Assembly (NCBI GenBank): GCA_951406725.2
Contig: OX597820.1
Coordinates: forward strand, 75,578,001-75,642,000
From: Octopus vulgaris
Lineage: Eukaryota
Reading direction: 5' to 3'
Length of the DNA: 64,000 nucleotides
Shown: one piece after another, positions 40,135 to 57,160 of the stretch
Numbering within the stretch: the stretch's first letter is position 1
How the letters are laid out: the number at the start of each line of letters is the position of its first letter
The notes under the pieces: model-generated
What the model was told of the DNA's origin: nothing
The model's input: only the letters and a program-made list of their open reading frames with translations
Databases searched by the model: none
Made by a program: the position numbers and the translations under genes

Positions 40135-41619
40135 CTACACACACATATATATATTGTTTCACTCATTTGACTGCCACCATGTAGTCAAGCAAATCGACCC
40201 CAGGACTTAATCTTTGTAAGCCTAATACTTATTCTGTCGGCCTTTGTTGCCGAACCACGAAGTTATTGGGACAAACACAGACACATAAAGACACAGACAC
40301 ACAGACAGACATATATATATACACCCACATATATACATATACACAGATACACACACACAAACACACACACATATATATATATATATCTATCTATATATAT
40401 ATACATATACATATATATATATATACACACCACAATCACACACACACACGCTCGTATATACATATATATATAACTATATTATATACGCAGACAGATGGAA
40501 TTCATTACAGCACATATTTTTAACTGTTATCGTATTGCTGATACATGAAGTGTGTTTAGACAGTGGCTGAAAATTCGAGAAATTGAAATAAAAGAGGCGC
40601 ATTCAGACACATGTTAGCAAGAACATAACAGAAAGCAGACATCGACTATGTCTCCTTTACCAAATAAATTTGTAGTTTTATTTCACACCATTCTCCAGTG
40701 TTAAACAAATTTAATTAAACCTAGATCGCTGACAACTGCACGGAGAAGTTGAAGACAGACGTTTAGCAAGCGTGTGTCATTGATCTGACAGAATCTATTA
40801 GGAATAAAATACGCTGTAGCCAGAAGAAGGCTAAATCTGTTTGCGTTGCAAAATAAAAATAATTTTTACAGCGATTTAGGAAAGAGGCATGTGACGAAGT
40901 TGTTGAAGCGTATTTCTGAGTTGAATGTTTTTCGAAGAATTGTGCATTGTAAATTCTATTTTGTTTACTTGTTTATTTATTTATTTATTTTTTATTTTAT
41001 TTTTTTCGAACCTAATTGCCTTCAAACCAATTTCTCTTTTTTTTTTCTTTCTCGTTGCATTGAGTTCTAACTCTGTAAGGGTGAACTTTGCATTTAATCA
41101 TTACATGAATGACAGAATAAACGAGAGACTTATAATGGGATTGATTAAATCACATAAACATCACCACCCTGGGGTAGTGACCTCTCGCATATTTCAAACG
41201 AACACAAAATTCTTGTTATATTGTTATAAAAGGTAAATTTGATGGTGAATCTATTTGCAATAACTGGCAATTCAATTTCTTTATATTTTGGCAAATATTC
41301 CACAAAAATTCTACAAATGTTCGTCAAATTGGTTGCAGTTCATTTACTTGACGATTTGACGCAACTCTTTGATTAAGTGACACCAATAAACGATTAATGT
41401 TATTGGCCCCGAAATGCAAATGTGACCTCGATGGAATTTCAGATCAAAACATTAATAGCCTTGATTAAATACTGCAACGAATAAAATATATTGCTCAATA
41501 AATTTTGCTATCTTTTTTTTTTAAGTAAGACAATGGAACAGCTGCAGAATTTTGCAGTACTATTCTGAATGGTGTTTTATGGTATGACATAAATATTTCT
41601 GTTCCAAGTAATTATACTC

Positions 41620-41842
41620 TTTTTTATTCTTTTACCTGTTTCAGTCATTTGATAGTGGCCAAGCTGGAGCACCTCCTTTAAGTCAAGCAAATCGACCCCC
41701 AGGACTTATTCTTTATAAGCCTAGTACTTATTCTATCGGTCTCTTTTGCTGACCAGCTAAGATACGGGGACGTAAACACACCGGCATCGGTTGTCAGGCG
41801 ATGGTGGTGAGGAGACAGACACAGAGACACAAACATACACAT

Positions 41843-41877
<35 letters not shown>

Positions 41878-41972
41878 CGACGGGCTTCTTTCAGTTTCCG
41901 TCTAACAAATCCACTCACATGGTTCTGAACCCAGAACCATGTGAGTGGTAAGCAAGCTACTTACCACACAGC
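41620..41972 (-). mobile_element. SINE family B with internal deletion and hairpin
   Basis: Tail and core are colinear with other copies; head region is shortened at 41911-41948. Confidence 0.85.
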
Positions 41973-42214
41973 GACAACGCCACTGTAACATGTGATGCCA
42001 TGAGAGTGGGATCGAATGCTGCATTGCATGTGTGGTTAGGACAGAATGAACACTACCTCAAAGCTCTCATAATATTCTTGCCTTTGGTTGTTCGCTCTCA
42101 ATTTTTCTAATGAGAGAGCTTTTTAATCTAAAATTTTCACCCACATAGAATTTTACCTTTAGGGTTCATCGAAGTAATTGTTCTGACATAAGAGGTGCAT
42201 AAGATGAAGGATAA

Positions 42215-42315
42215 TTCTTTTACTGGGTGTAAAAGCAGCTGTTCAACGACTCAGACGCGGACCTGAGATATCTCGACTTTACAGAAGCCTTTGAGAGAGT
42301 CGACTATGATATGTA
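42215..42315 (+). pseudogene. small CR1-type RT fragment
   Basis: DADLRYLDFTEAFERVDYD resembles the D.IYLDF.KAFD.VDH motif. Confidence 0.55.
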
Positions 42316-42317
42316 TT

Positions 42318-42708
42318 TTTTTATTGCCCACAAGGAGCAAAACACAGAGGGGGAAAACAAAGTAATTAAGTCGATTACATCGAGCTTGATGCGTAACTGG
42401 TACTTATTTAATCGACCCCGAAAGAATGAAAGGCAGAGTTGACCTCGGCGGAATTTGAACTCAGAACATAACGGCAGACGAAATACCTATTTCTTTACTA
42501 CCCACAAGGGGCTAAACACAGAGAGGACAAACAAGGACAGACAAACGGATTAAGTCGATTATATCGACCCCAGTGCGTAACTGGTACTTAATTTATCGAC
42601 CCCGAAATGATGAAAGGCAAAGTCGACCTCGGTGGAATTTGAACTCAGAACGTAGCGGCAGACGAAATATCGCCCAGCGTGCTAACGATTCTGCCAGCTC
42701 GCCGCCTT
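42318..42708 (-). mobile_element. dimeric SINE family A variant
   Basis: Two units joined at aaatacctatttctttactacccacaagggg, the same junction as at 30150. Confidence 0.85.
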
Positions 42709-43271
42709 ATCTGCCAGCTACCTATGCGACAATGTTTTTCTACATGGGGAAATTTTGATTAACTGGGGTTATCTTTGCAATTCGTAATCAAATCTTCCTT
42801 TCTTCTTGTTTAGAATCTACAAAAAAGATTTAGAGATAGCTCTATTAAAATTTGTCAAAAGAAGATTTTTTTCATTCTTTTTAATTTAGTAAACATTTTA
42901 ATTTATCATTTCACACCGTGGGGAAAACAATGGACTACTCCGGTCTTATTAAACCTTCTTAACCAAATATATTCTTTTCTGTGTGCACTGTATGACGAAA
43001 TGAATATATGCAAAACTATAGGGCATGTATAGATGCAGAATATTAATATCAACAGTGGACCTTAAGCGAAAGGTCTTCATTATGAATACAACAATCTATA
43101 TGGGTGTAAATATTAAATATTAAATATTAAAATCGAGTTGGGTCTCGCATACCTAATTTTGTCGGGTTAAAAAATTGAAATTAAATGCAGCTTGTGGTTC
43201 ACGATTTCGTTTTCCTTTAGTCTCCGTGCGTGCGCATGTGTGTGTGTGGATGTGCGTGTACATATGTGTGT

Positions 43272-43342
<71 letters not shown>

Positions 43343-44130
43343 GCATAAGTGTGTGTATACATATATGTAGTGGTAGATTAATAGATAGATAGGTAGAGAT
43401 ACGTATATGCATACACACACATATGCATATATATATATATATATATATACGTGTGTTTATAAATCTATCTATATGTATATGTATGTATATGTATATACAT
43501 ATATATATAAATATATATACATACGCACACAAACACACACACACGCACACGCACACACATATATATAGGTACCTATATGTTCAATTATAAGTAAGTATAT
43601 AAGCATGCGTGTCTGTCTGTGAATTTGCGAATGTATATGATATGTATATGTGTGTGCGCGTGTATGCACTCATTCACACATTCATATGCATATATAGACA
43701 AGAATATGCATATGTATATCACACACACACTCACAAACGCACACAGAGGAATGCAAATTTATGTGTGTCTTGCCTTAAGAATTTAAACTTTTTAATCTGA
43801 CCCCCCACACAAAAATGCAAAAACAACTAAACTATATGATTTCTACATTATCTGATATCTCCTCGTTATCAATTCAACACACTAGCTTAAGCAATTTTTT
43901 CTTTTTAATTCCTCTCCAGGCTTTTATTTTGTGATCTATTTTTTCTGCTAAATAGAACATCGGTTCGTGTTTTACATGAAAAAAAAAAAAAGAGAAAAAA
44001 GTTCGAAATGAAATTTATGTCGTGAGGAATAAAATTCATAAAATATATTACCATTTCTGCAGTTGTATATGTATATACTTAAAGCCAAAAGCCAAAAATC
44101 GATTTTTAATATATACCATATGGTGTTGAA

Positions 44131-44237
<107 letters not shown>

Positions 44238-44280
44238 ATATATATATACATACATATATATATATATATAAATATATATA

Positions 44281-44328
<48 letters not shown>

Positions 44329-44361
44329 CATGCATATATATATATATATTTATACATACAG

Positions 44362-44467
<106 letters not shown>

Positions 44468-44600
44468 GGATATATGGGTTCACATGTGTGTATGTATATA
44501 CCGTACACTGTTGCACATTTCGCATGTGAAATAACTTCAATGAACTGACAGCAAATTACTCACACCCATTTCGTACCATCATCTGCTAATGGAAGAAATA

Positions 44601-44647
<47 letters not shown>

Positions 44648-45099
44648 CATTATTATTATTGTTGTTGTTGTTGCTGTTGTTGTTGTTATTATTATTTTCA
44701 TCATTGTTATTATTATTATTATTATTATTATTGTTTTTATGATTATTATTATTATTGTTCTTGTACTTGTTTTTATTATTATTATTTTCATCATCAGCAT
44801 CATTATTTGTAAGTATGTGTATACCATACCTATACTTTATTATTTATTTCAAGAGATGTTGATGCCTAAAATTTATGTAACTTTTGGAAACTATATCAAA
44901 TTACATTGTACAACTTAAGTATGAATACATTTCAGTTATTTTAGAGTTGACGGCAACACAATTTTGATGGGTGCCATTCTAACATAAACACAATTTTGCA
45001 GAGAGTGATTGTATTAGTGAAGCCCTTCGTTTGTGCATTTGTGTGCATATATATATGTATATGTACTGTTTTTATCTTTATTTTTACTGTTTTTTTCTT

Positions 45100-45460
45100 C
45101 ATTTGCATTGCTTTTACGTCCTGTTCTTGTCACTATTTTTACCCCTCCGCAAAAAGATTTATTTAATTCATTTTGCGGGAAGGACTGTCTCAACGTGGTC
45201 GTGTTCTGCCCTTACCTTCGAAACACGAATTAAGTCGATACAAGGGCAGCTGAAAAGGGGGAATGTTCCTTGTGTTGTTTGTCTTGTACTCTGTATTTTC
45301 GTTGTTAAAAATGTCCATTTCCTTGTTTGGTTTTATGTTTTTGTTTCTCGTTGTGTTCTACGTTTATTTGTGGTGTCCTGTTCTCATATATGCATGTATA
45401 TATACATATAGATGTAGGTATGTACATAAATGTATGTATGTATGCATATGTTTTATTTAT
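45100..45460 (+). mobile_element. unclassified repeat (second copy on the minus strand at about 58600-58820)
   Basis: Shared tgtttttgtttctc.ttgtgttc...ggtgtcctgttctcatatatgcatgtatat.tacat.taga.gtaggta.gtacata. Confidence 0.6.
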
Positions 45461-45468
45461 TAAATTGT

Positions 45469-45520
<52 letters not shown>

Positions 45521-45573
45521 GTACACATTATAGCGTATATATATAATGTATGTGTACATATATGTATATATCG

Positions 45574-45605
<32 letters not shown>

Positions 45606-45804
45606 ATATATATATATATATATATAATATATGTGTATATATACGTATTTATGTATATATCAATATATGTATATATTTATATATGTATATATATATATAT
45701 ATATGTGTGTGTTTATATATGTGTAGATATATATATGTTTATATATATATGTATATATATATATGTGTATATATGTATATAATATATATAATATATATAT
45801 GTAA

Positions 45805-45850
<46 letters not shown>

Positions 45851-46508
45851 ATAATATATATACTTTTAAGAGACCGAATCACCCTCGAGCTACTCAATCA
45901 TCATTGAATGACATTATCCTCAATAGGTACATATATGACTAAATATTAAAATTATCAAAATTGATATCTGCATTTCTGATTCCACATTATCAAGATTAAT
46001 ACCTTCAATTCTTATTTCAAATAATATACTTTACTTTATATAGACTAGGCGCGTTTCATGACAAAATATATATCCTCGATATTACTGAAATAGTATGTCT
46101 CTCAATACAAAAACATTAAAATGATTATATTGCCAATCTTCAAGTCTAGCTTATATGAACTTATTTTGCTATTTACATCCTATATAAAGATATGACAAAC
46201 TAAAATTATATAACTAGAAGTTGTTGGAATGATTTTACTTTAGTAAATAATGAACAGAAATGTGGAATAAAAGTAGGAAAAAGACATGTTAGTAGAAAGA
46301 AATGTATGTGTGTGCATATGTATATATATGTGTGTGTATGTGTGTATAAGTGTGTGTATACATATATACATAGATAAATAGATAGATAGACAGAGATACC
46401 TATATACATACACACACATATACACATATACATATACGTATATTTATAAATGCATCTATATGTATATATGCATACATACATACACGCACATACAAACATA
46501 TAATACAC

Positions 46509-46692
46509 TTCTATATTTAATAGATGAGGTATTATGTACATTATTTACATTATTTACATTTGACGGATATTTCTCCTGATCTTCTTGTTAACACAACGTT
46601 TCGTCTGATATACCCTCCAGCCTTCATCAGGTGCCTTGGGGAAATTTCGAATCTGGGTTCTCATTCCTAAGGTATTTTCGATGTTTTTGTTG

Positions 46693-46751
<59 letters not shown>
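46509..46751 (-). mobile_element. PLE-type terminal segment (family HH-A) ending in its (AAT)n tract
   Basis: Reverse complement matches 49488-49720 and 21700-21840. Confidence 0.8.
46590..46635 (-). ncRNA. minimal type-I hammerhead ribozyme
   Basis: GGCAC-CUGAUGA-A-GGCUG-gaggguauau-CAGAC-GAAA-CG-UU-GUGUU; palindromic ACGU stem III; one stem II mismatch. Confidence 0.7.
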
Positions 46752-46754
<3 letters not shown>

Positions 46755-46764
46755 AATAATAATG

Positions 46765-46834
<70 letters not shown>

Positions 46835-46836
46835 AT

Positions 46837-49487
<2,651 letters not shown>

Positions 49488-49551
<64 letters not shown>

Positions 49552-49720
49552 TCGAAATATACCTTAGGAATGAGAACCCAGGTTCGAAATTTCTCCAAGA
49601 TACCTGATGAAGGCTGGAAGGTATATCAACCGAAAATCTGTGTTAACAAACAAGATGATGACAAACAAGATGACAAATATCCATCATCTGTAAATAACGT
49701 AAATAAAGTTCATAATTTCT
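49488..49720 (+). mobile_element. PLE-type terminal segment (family HH-A), partly decayed hammerhead at 49599-49644
   Basis: (AAT)n-catcgaaatataccttaggaatgagaacccaggttcgaaattt...gatacctgatgaaggctggaaggtatatcaaccgaaa. Confidence 0.8.
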
Positions 49721-49739
49721 CTGTACGTGCATTGTTCTC

Positions 49740-49978
49740 GCGTACGCGTATTAGCGATCGCAACAGCTGATATACTTGCGCGTACAAATGCACGTTCCCA
49801 CGGCTTTATACATCGTATTCTCACATGGAATCGATTTTTGTAATTTTTTAAGACATATACACGCCTTGATACCGTAGGTATCTACATATCAAATTTGAGC
49901 GCATTCGGATAGAGGATGCCCGAGATCCTAGATGGCACAAACACACAGACAGACAGAACGGATTTTATATAATAGATC
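49740..49978 (+). mobile_element. possible non-autonomous Helitron/Helentron-like end
   Basis: catatcaaatttgagcgcattcggat...cagacagacagaacggattttatataatagat resembles typical Helitron-N/DINE-like termini. Confidence 0.45.
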
Positions 49979-50779
49979 ATGGATTCTAAAGTAGATTCAA
50001 ATAATTTAAATATACTTCATTAAACTCATCAAAGACCATAGTTACAAAAACACATTAAAATATACAATTTCAAACTGTTTTCGCTTCTTTCAGAATATAT
50101 TAATTGTAATGTACGTGTTTAATGGTTTGCTACTACAAAATTAAAAACCTCCATTTTGTTCTGGATTGGTCTTCTGAGATATCGAACTTCGATTTACGAC
50201 CAATTCGAAAAATTTTCAATCTATTATTCGTGACTTGTGATTTGAAGATGATAGCGACTTAGTTGCTCACACAGCTTAAATATACAAATTCTCATGCATC
50301 ATATTTCTATTTCTTGCAAGGTATTTAAACTCAGCAAAACTGTTTTGATATTCCAGCCTGAGGAAGGAACTGCTGAAAGTGGAACAGAATTTTGTACACC
50401 TGCCTGCACACTCAGCCGTTCTTATTCCCTGTATGATGCGGTTTGTTTAAAGTTTCACAAGACAATCGATTCCTTCCATAGCTCTTGTCTCGAGTCGGGT
50501 CCCTATTTGGTAAGGTGTACCGTGCGTTTGTGATGACATTGCTGTCTCGCTCACGTGAGATATCGGCCCTTTACAGGTATCATGAACGCTATGCAGCAAA
50601 AAAAGTATTCATTGCAACGAAATTCAAGTCCACAAAGCAACTTCTGTGTTTCTGCCCCTCACATTCGTCTAAGGTACACTCAGACGCGCGCGCACACACA
50701 CATATGCGCGAACGTACGTATGTATATGTGTGTGTATGTGTGTGCGTGTGTGTGTCCGTGTATATACTGTACTTTAATA

Positions 50780-50999
50780 TTATGTGTTGGTTGTAGACGA
50801 GCATCACCATCATACGGGCGATGCGTATTTTTCCAGTCGTCCGTGAATAACATGTCCGTTCACGGGAAATATTAGCTTTCCTGGAAATAGGTGAAGACTG
50901 GCGACAGTATGGGTCCCATCTGTAGACAAACCTCCCTCGACAAATTCCAGCTGACCGGTGCAAGCATGGGGAAGTGGACGTTAAATGATGATGATGATT

Positions 51000-51046
<47 letters not shown>

Positions 51047-51050
51047 AATG
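50780..51050 (+). mobile_element. SINE/RTE-related repeat with (GAT)n tail
   Basis: gcaagcatggggaagtggacgttaaatgatgatgat, shared with the end of 38588-38876. Confidence 0.55.
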
Positions 51051-52284
51051 ATGAAGTTGTTTGTAGTGGTAGATGTGGTGGGTTCAATTAGAGTCAAGGG
51101 AATTTGTTTCACACAGATCGCAGCGATATATTCTCCTGTAACACCGAGATTTGTTTATGGAGTTAAATTCCAATACTGAATTTTTTAAATTCAGTTTGAA
51201 TTCACAGGCTGAATGTTATGAAATTTTAAACTAAGATATATACCAGCAGACATTTAATTTCCAAGCCGAACACTTAAGCAACAGTCTAGTTGGCTCCAAC
51301 AGCTATATTTTTGCTTCCAAAACCTGTTGAGCGGAACCCAACCATGGGTCTTACATGTATACGCCTAAAAAACGTAATAAGTTTCAGTAACCCAAACATT
51401 TGATATATCTGGAATGCATGCCGACACTTAGACTATCAACACAGGGGTCTCTAATAATACGGACATCTGACTCTTACTTATAAATAATAGTCGCCTTTAT
51501 ATTAACCTATCTTCACCCCCAAATCCGTGGCGCCTACACTTTATATCGACAAACATCACTTCTGACAAATCAGCTGAAATTTATATTTACACTTCCACAG
51601 GTTGCGTAATCGACCAACATCTGAGACCAGTTCCAAGATTCAAAATTGTTGTAATCAAATATTTACGCAAGCGCTTCTCATCCGCGGCTCTTCGGGCCGC
51701 ATGCAGTCCAAAGCATTCTTCCGACGGCCCTCAACGGTTTTCTTTGCATAAAATATAATAATGTTTTTTCTTTAATTTTGATATGATTTATGTTTTTTTT
51801 TTCGGTGTGGCCCCATAAAATCTCCACGTTTGGGATCTGACACGGATATTAAAGAGGTTGAGAGCCACTTATCAGGACACTTACAATATAGAGTTCGACA
51901 GGCAGCTAGCTGGATTTGACCAAAGTACAGTCTGCGTTTGGTAAACATCCATTACAGTGAATAGATTTAAGCAAGCAGTCAGGTTCAATAATCCTCACTT
52001 TGGTTGTCCCGCTTCCCCATATATCTTGTGTATATCAAGAATTCTAGAAGATTCAACAAGGATTAATTGATATTCATTTCAAGAAGGCACGCGGCCTATT
52101 TTGTAGGGTGTTGCACTCACGATCACGGAATCGTAGTTTCAAATTTTCGACCAGGCAGTGCATTGCGGTCTTGAGCAAGTCACTTCGTTTCACGCTGCTC
52201 TGCGATCACTTCGACATATGTCGGGTGGTAAGACGTGCACCTTTAAGGGCAAAGTCGATTTTATGGAGGGAGTGAGCTGTGGAA

Positions 52285-52752
52285 GGGGTGCATGGCTGTG
52301 TGGTAAGAAGTTTGCTTTCCAACGACATGGTTCCGGGTTCAGTCCCACTGCATGAAACCTTGGAAAAGTTTCTTCTCGTATCGACCAGAGGCATATGAAT
52401 GTACTTATTAGAGAGAAACTGAAAGAAGCCAGTCTTCTACATACATATATATATACACACACATATATATAGATACACATACATACGCATATATACATAT
52501 ATATGTATATATGTGTCCGTGTATGTATGCATTTGTGTGAGATTTTGTCTGTTTTTGCCCCATCACCACTACCACTTGACAAGTGGCACTGTTACATCTA
52601 CGACGATGTCACTTAGAAGTTCAGCAAAAGTGACCGATGGTTTAAGAACAGGTTTTACAAATAATAAGGGCTGGGGTCGATTCTTTCGACTAAAAATTCT
52701 TCAAAGCGGTGCCCCAGCATGTCCGCAATCAAATGACAGAAACAATTAAAAG
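52285..52752 (+). mobile_element. SINE family B
   Basis: ggctgtgtggtaagaagtttgctttccaacgacatggttccgggttcagtcccactgc head, central microsatellite, gcggtgccccagcatg tail. Confidence 0.8.
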
Positions 52753-52863
52753 ACACAAAAGAAAATATTTGATCACTATAAACGAACCTTTTGTGCAGGT
52801 TCTTCTACAAGAAATTGCAGAAACTTCTTTCTCGGACGACGAGAGATTTCTAACAACTAATAT

Positions 52864-53440
52864 TCAGAAACGTTAGCATGCCGGGCGAAATGCTTTGTGG
52901 TATTTCGTCCGCCGCTACGTTCTGAGTTCAAATTCAGCCGAGGTCGACTTTGCCTTTCATCCTTTCGGGGTCGATTAAATAAGTACCAGTTACGCTCTGG
53001 GGTCGATATAATCGACTTAATCCGTTTGTCTGTCCTTGTTTGTCCTCTCTGTGTTCAGCCCTTGTAGGTAGTAATGAAATAGGTATTTCGTCCGCCGCTG
53101 CGTCCTGAGTTCAAATTCCGCCGAGGTCGACTTTTCCTTTCATCCTTTCGGGGTCGATAAATTAGGCACAAGTTACGCACTAGGGTCGATGTAATCGACT
53201 TAATCCGTTCGTCTCTCTTTGTTTGTTCCCTCTGTGTTTAACCCCTTGTGTGTAGTAAAGAAATAGAATTAGGTATTTCGTCTATCTTTACGTTCTGAGT
53301 TCAAATTCCGCCGAGGTCGACTTTACCTTTCATTCTTACAGGGTCGATAAATTAAATACCAGTTGCGTATTGGGGATCGGTCTAATCGACAGGCTACTTC
53401 TCGAAAAATTTCAGGCCTTGTACCTAGTGAACAGAAGAAT
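52864..53440 (+). mobile_element. trimeric SINE family A array
   Basis: Three units restarting at aggtatttcgtc; only the last has the standard gccttgtaccta tail. Confidence 0.88.
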
Positions 53441-53789
53441 ACTCAGTGAGAAATCCTTAAACTGCAATGGGCTCCATTTAACTTCCGGTATCATGTAAAA
53501 TGATCCAATATTTACGCGGCTGACTTTCCTTGTAAAGACCTCTCTCGTTTGGCTCCTTCAAAACGATACCAGGAAAGATAAAAAGGAATTTGGTATTCAG
53601 ATAAGTTCCCTTAATTTCCAAATTCGTTATCCTCTATGGATTAACTTTCATTTTCATGATTCCACGGTCAATAAAACTCATTACCACAGGTGTGGCTGTG
53701 TTCGATTGGAATGTCTATTATTTCTTCACTTAATTAATAACCTTGTGTTAATTTTAAAAGATATGATATTAATCATTAGATTGAATGCT

Positions 53790-54008
53790 GAAGACGGTGA
53801 GTTGGCAGAATCGTTAACACGCTGGAAGAAATGCTTAGCGGTATTTTTCCCGTCGCTACGTTCTGAGTTCAAATTCCACCGAGGTCGATTTTGCCTTTCA
53901 TCCGTTCGGAGTCTATAAATTAAGTACCAGTGAAATTCTGGGGTCGTTGTAATAGACTAGTCCCCTCCTCACCAAACTTCAGGCCTTGTGCCTATAATAG
54001 AAAGGATC
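53790..54008 (+). mobile_element. SINE family A
   Basis: ggtgagttggcagaatcgttaac...gagttcaaattccaccgaggtcg...gccttgtgcctataatagaaagg. Confidence 0.85.
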
Positions 54009-54983
54009 ATAGTCTTTTTTTTTTCTCTTTTTTTTAATTTGGTTGAAGGGGTACCGCTGAATATCGCAACCAGTCATTGAACGATGACGGGAATATCTGT
54101 AGGATCTGTCGAAGTTATGCTTTTCTAGTCTCTGTTGTTGAAGGGGAGATAATCATTCCGAAATGCATGCATCCAGTACTCTTTTTAGAGAACGCTTCGG
54201 ACCGATTCGGAGTGTTTACGCACATTTGTCTAAAATGAGAAATTTTCTGGAGGTCAAAATACAGTGAATGGTTTTCTTAAGGGCCAAATATGCTTCAGGC
54301 ATATTTGAACTTGTAACAATAAGTAAGATTTGAGCACTGAGCTGATATAATCAATTTACCGCCTCTCCATATATTTTCTGGCCTCATGATCGGTTTCGTG
54401 CAAGGAATAGAATTGAGTGTTAGGCAACAAGTCGATTATATAACCTTACGTTCGTCAGAGTTAGTCGATATGGAAGAGAAAAACGAGACGGCTCTCTATT
54501 GTCGGAGTTGGAAAATAGACCAACGAACACAACTATATATACATATGGCACCACTACACAGATCCCACACCCAATCCCCACAGGACCAGCAGATATAATA
54601 ACGTACACATCCCCCACAAACACTTTAAGTTAACTCTTACCCAACAACGGGACATAACTCCTAACCTAATCCCCTAGCCCGGTTTTTGTTACAGCACCTT
54701 TTCCCCAGAAAACGCAAATCGGTTGTGTTAATCCATCACCAACAACAGAGGGCAGGCGCCATATTCCATTACATATCGGCAAACTCTGACGAGCGCAAAG
54801 TTGTACAATCGGATAGTTACCTAAGACTCGATTGCATTATTTGCGTGAAACTGATTGGTAAGATCAGTCGTCGTAGATACATAATGCTGTACATTTCGGA
54901 TAATATAGTCAATCTATTGACAGATATACGAGTGCTTCTTCTCCCTGACTAATGGTCTCTTAGACCACTCACGTGTATCTATG

Positions 54984-55079
<96 letters not shown>

Positions 55080-55140
55080 TACACATATGTATGTATATGT
55101 ATACATATATATATATATATATGTGTGTGTGTATATATAC

Positions 55141-55173
<33 letters not shown>

Positions 55174-56006
55174 CGTACACACGCGCGCACACACACGCTC
55201 ACGCACATATACATCAAGTATACGTGCATTGGTACACGGACAATGCATTCGCCTCTGAAGAAAGAAACATCTGGGTTTTGACATGCGACCGGTTCACATT
55301 TTCACAAATGGATTTTGATAAAGACGAAGCTTATGAAATCGTTAATGTTTTCTTAAACGACTCCTCCAACAGTCATAACGGCAAACATACAATGACAGCC
55401 CTACATACTTTCACAATTTCCCCCTCCCTGGGGTAGTGGAGGGCGACGGCTTCCACGGAAAAGAAAATAACTACACAGTTAATATAATAATGATTTCGAG
55501 TGGTTTGTTTTGTTACTTGCTTTTCTTGTCTTCCCTTCTTTACGTTGTTATTGTAGTTTTTCTTATGTGATGTACATGTTGTTGTTGTACTTGCTGGTAT
55601 TGTTGTTGTTGTTGTTGTTGATCTTATTGTTACTGTTTTTGTTAACGTTTGTTCCTGTGTTTTATTACGTTTTAGGTTTTGTCGTCGTGAGTGAATGTCG
55701 AGTGTATGTCTGTGTAGTGCGTGCTTGTATGTGTGTGCATGGGTGTGTTTGTGTGTAAATATGTTTGTGGATGTACGATATAGTTTCGCATCAGTATATG
55801 GATGTATAGAACTCAAACAGACGCACCCTCTCAGAAACGCACGCTTGAACACACGCAAACACACACACACCCTCTTTGTATTTATATATGTATATCTTTC
55901 TCTGTGTGTGTGTGAATATATATGTATGTATGTGAATATATATGCACATATATATTTGTATATGTATCACCGTCTCTGTAAATATATCTGTACATATATA
56001 TGTATA

Positions 56007-56232
56007 CAGTAAAACCTCAACTATCGCGGGTGTTACGTTCGAAAAAAACTCGCAGTAAGTGAAAATCCGCGAAGTAGAAACAGTACTATGCTGTAGTTAT
56101 TTTTTATATATTTTTTAAAAATTTGTTTATGATTATTTTATTATAAATGCAAAACAACACCACGGAAGAACCGACGAAAGCTTAAATGAAAAAACCGCGA
56201 TAGATGAACCGTGAGATGGCGAGGGATTACTG
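56007..56232. mobile_element. Tc1/mariner-superfamily (Tigger/pogo-like) MITE
   Basis: TIRs cagtaaaacctcaactatcgcgg / ccgtgagatggcgagggattactg with TA on both sides. Confidence 0.75.
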
Positions 56233-56709
56233 TATGTATGTATGTATGTATGTATGTATGTATGTATGCATGTATGTATGTATGTATGTATGTATGTATG
56301 TATGTATGTATGTATGCATGCATGCATGCATGCATGCATGCATGCATGCATGTATGTATGTATGTATGTATGTATGTATGTATGTATGTATGGATGGATG
56401 TATGTATGTGTATGTATGTGTATGTATGTGACAGAAGCGTTGACACCACGGGTAGAATGCTTAGCGGTACTTCATCAGTCGTTACGTTCTAATTTCAAAT
56501 TTCGCCGAAGTCGTCTTTGCCATTTGATCCTTTCTGGGTCGATAAACTGAGTACCAGACGAACAGTGGAGTCAATCAAACCACTCTCTCACCGAAATTGC
56601 TGGTCTTGTGCCAAAATTTGAAACCAGTGTATGTTCGTGCATTTATCTATATACTTATATAAATCAATGTGTGTATATATATATATAAATCAATGTATAT
56701 ATACATATC

Positions 56710-56740
<31 letters not shown>

Positions 56741-56749
56741 TATATATAG

Positions 56750-57135
56750 ACGTAGGAGTGACTGTATTGTAAGTAGCTTGCTTACCAACCACATGGTTCC
56801 GGGTTCAGTCCTACTGCGTGGCTTCTTGGGCAAGTGTCTTCTACTATAGCCTTAGGCCGACCAAAGCCTTGTGAGTGGATTTGGTAGACGGAAACTGAAA
56901 GAAGCCCGTCGTATATATGTATATATATATGTATAGGTATGCGTATGAGTATGTTTGTGTATCTGTGTTTGTTCACCCCCCACCAACGTCGCTTGACAAC
57001 CGATGGTAGTGTGTTTATGTCCCTGTAACTTAGCGGTTCGGCAAAAGACATCGATACAATAAGTGCTAGGCTTACAAAGTATAAGTCCTGGGGACGATTT
57101 ACTCGACTAAATGACTGAAACAACAAGTAAAAGAG
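56750..57135 (+). mobile_element. SINE family B, near full length
   Basis: Head ggttccgggttcagtcc, CORE-like cttgggcaagtgtcttct, central TA/TG tract, tail aatgactgaaacaacaagtaaaagag. Confidence 0.88.
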
Positions 57136-57160
57136 TATATATATATATATATATATATAT

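Noticed and set aside
45205-45262. Permuted hammerhead (ccttcgaaac...gtc...ctgaaaagggg)
   Set aside because: The core is incomplete and stem I does not form; the ctgccctt/aagggcag pairing is incompatible with the fold.
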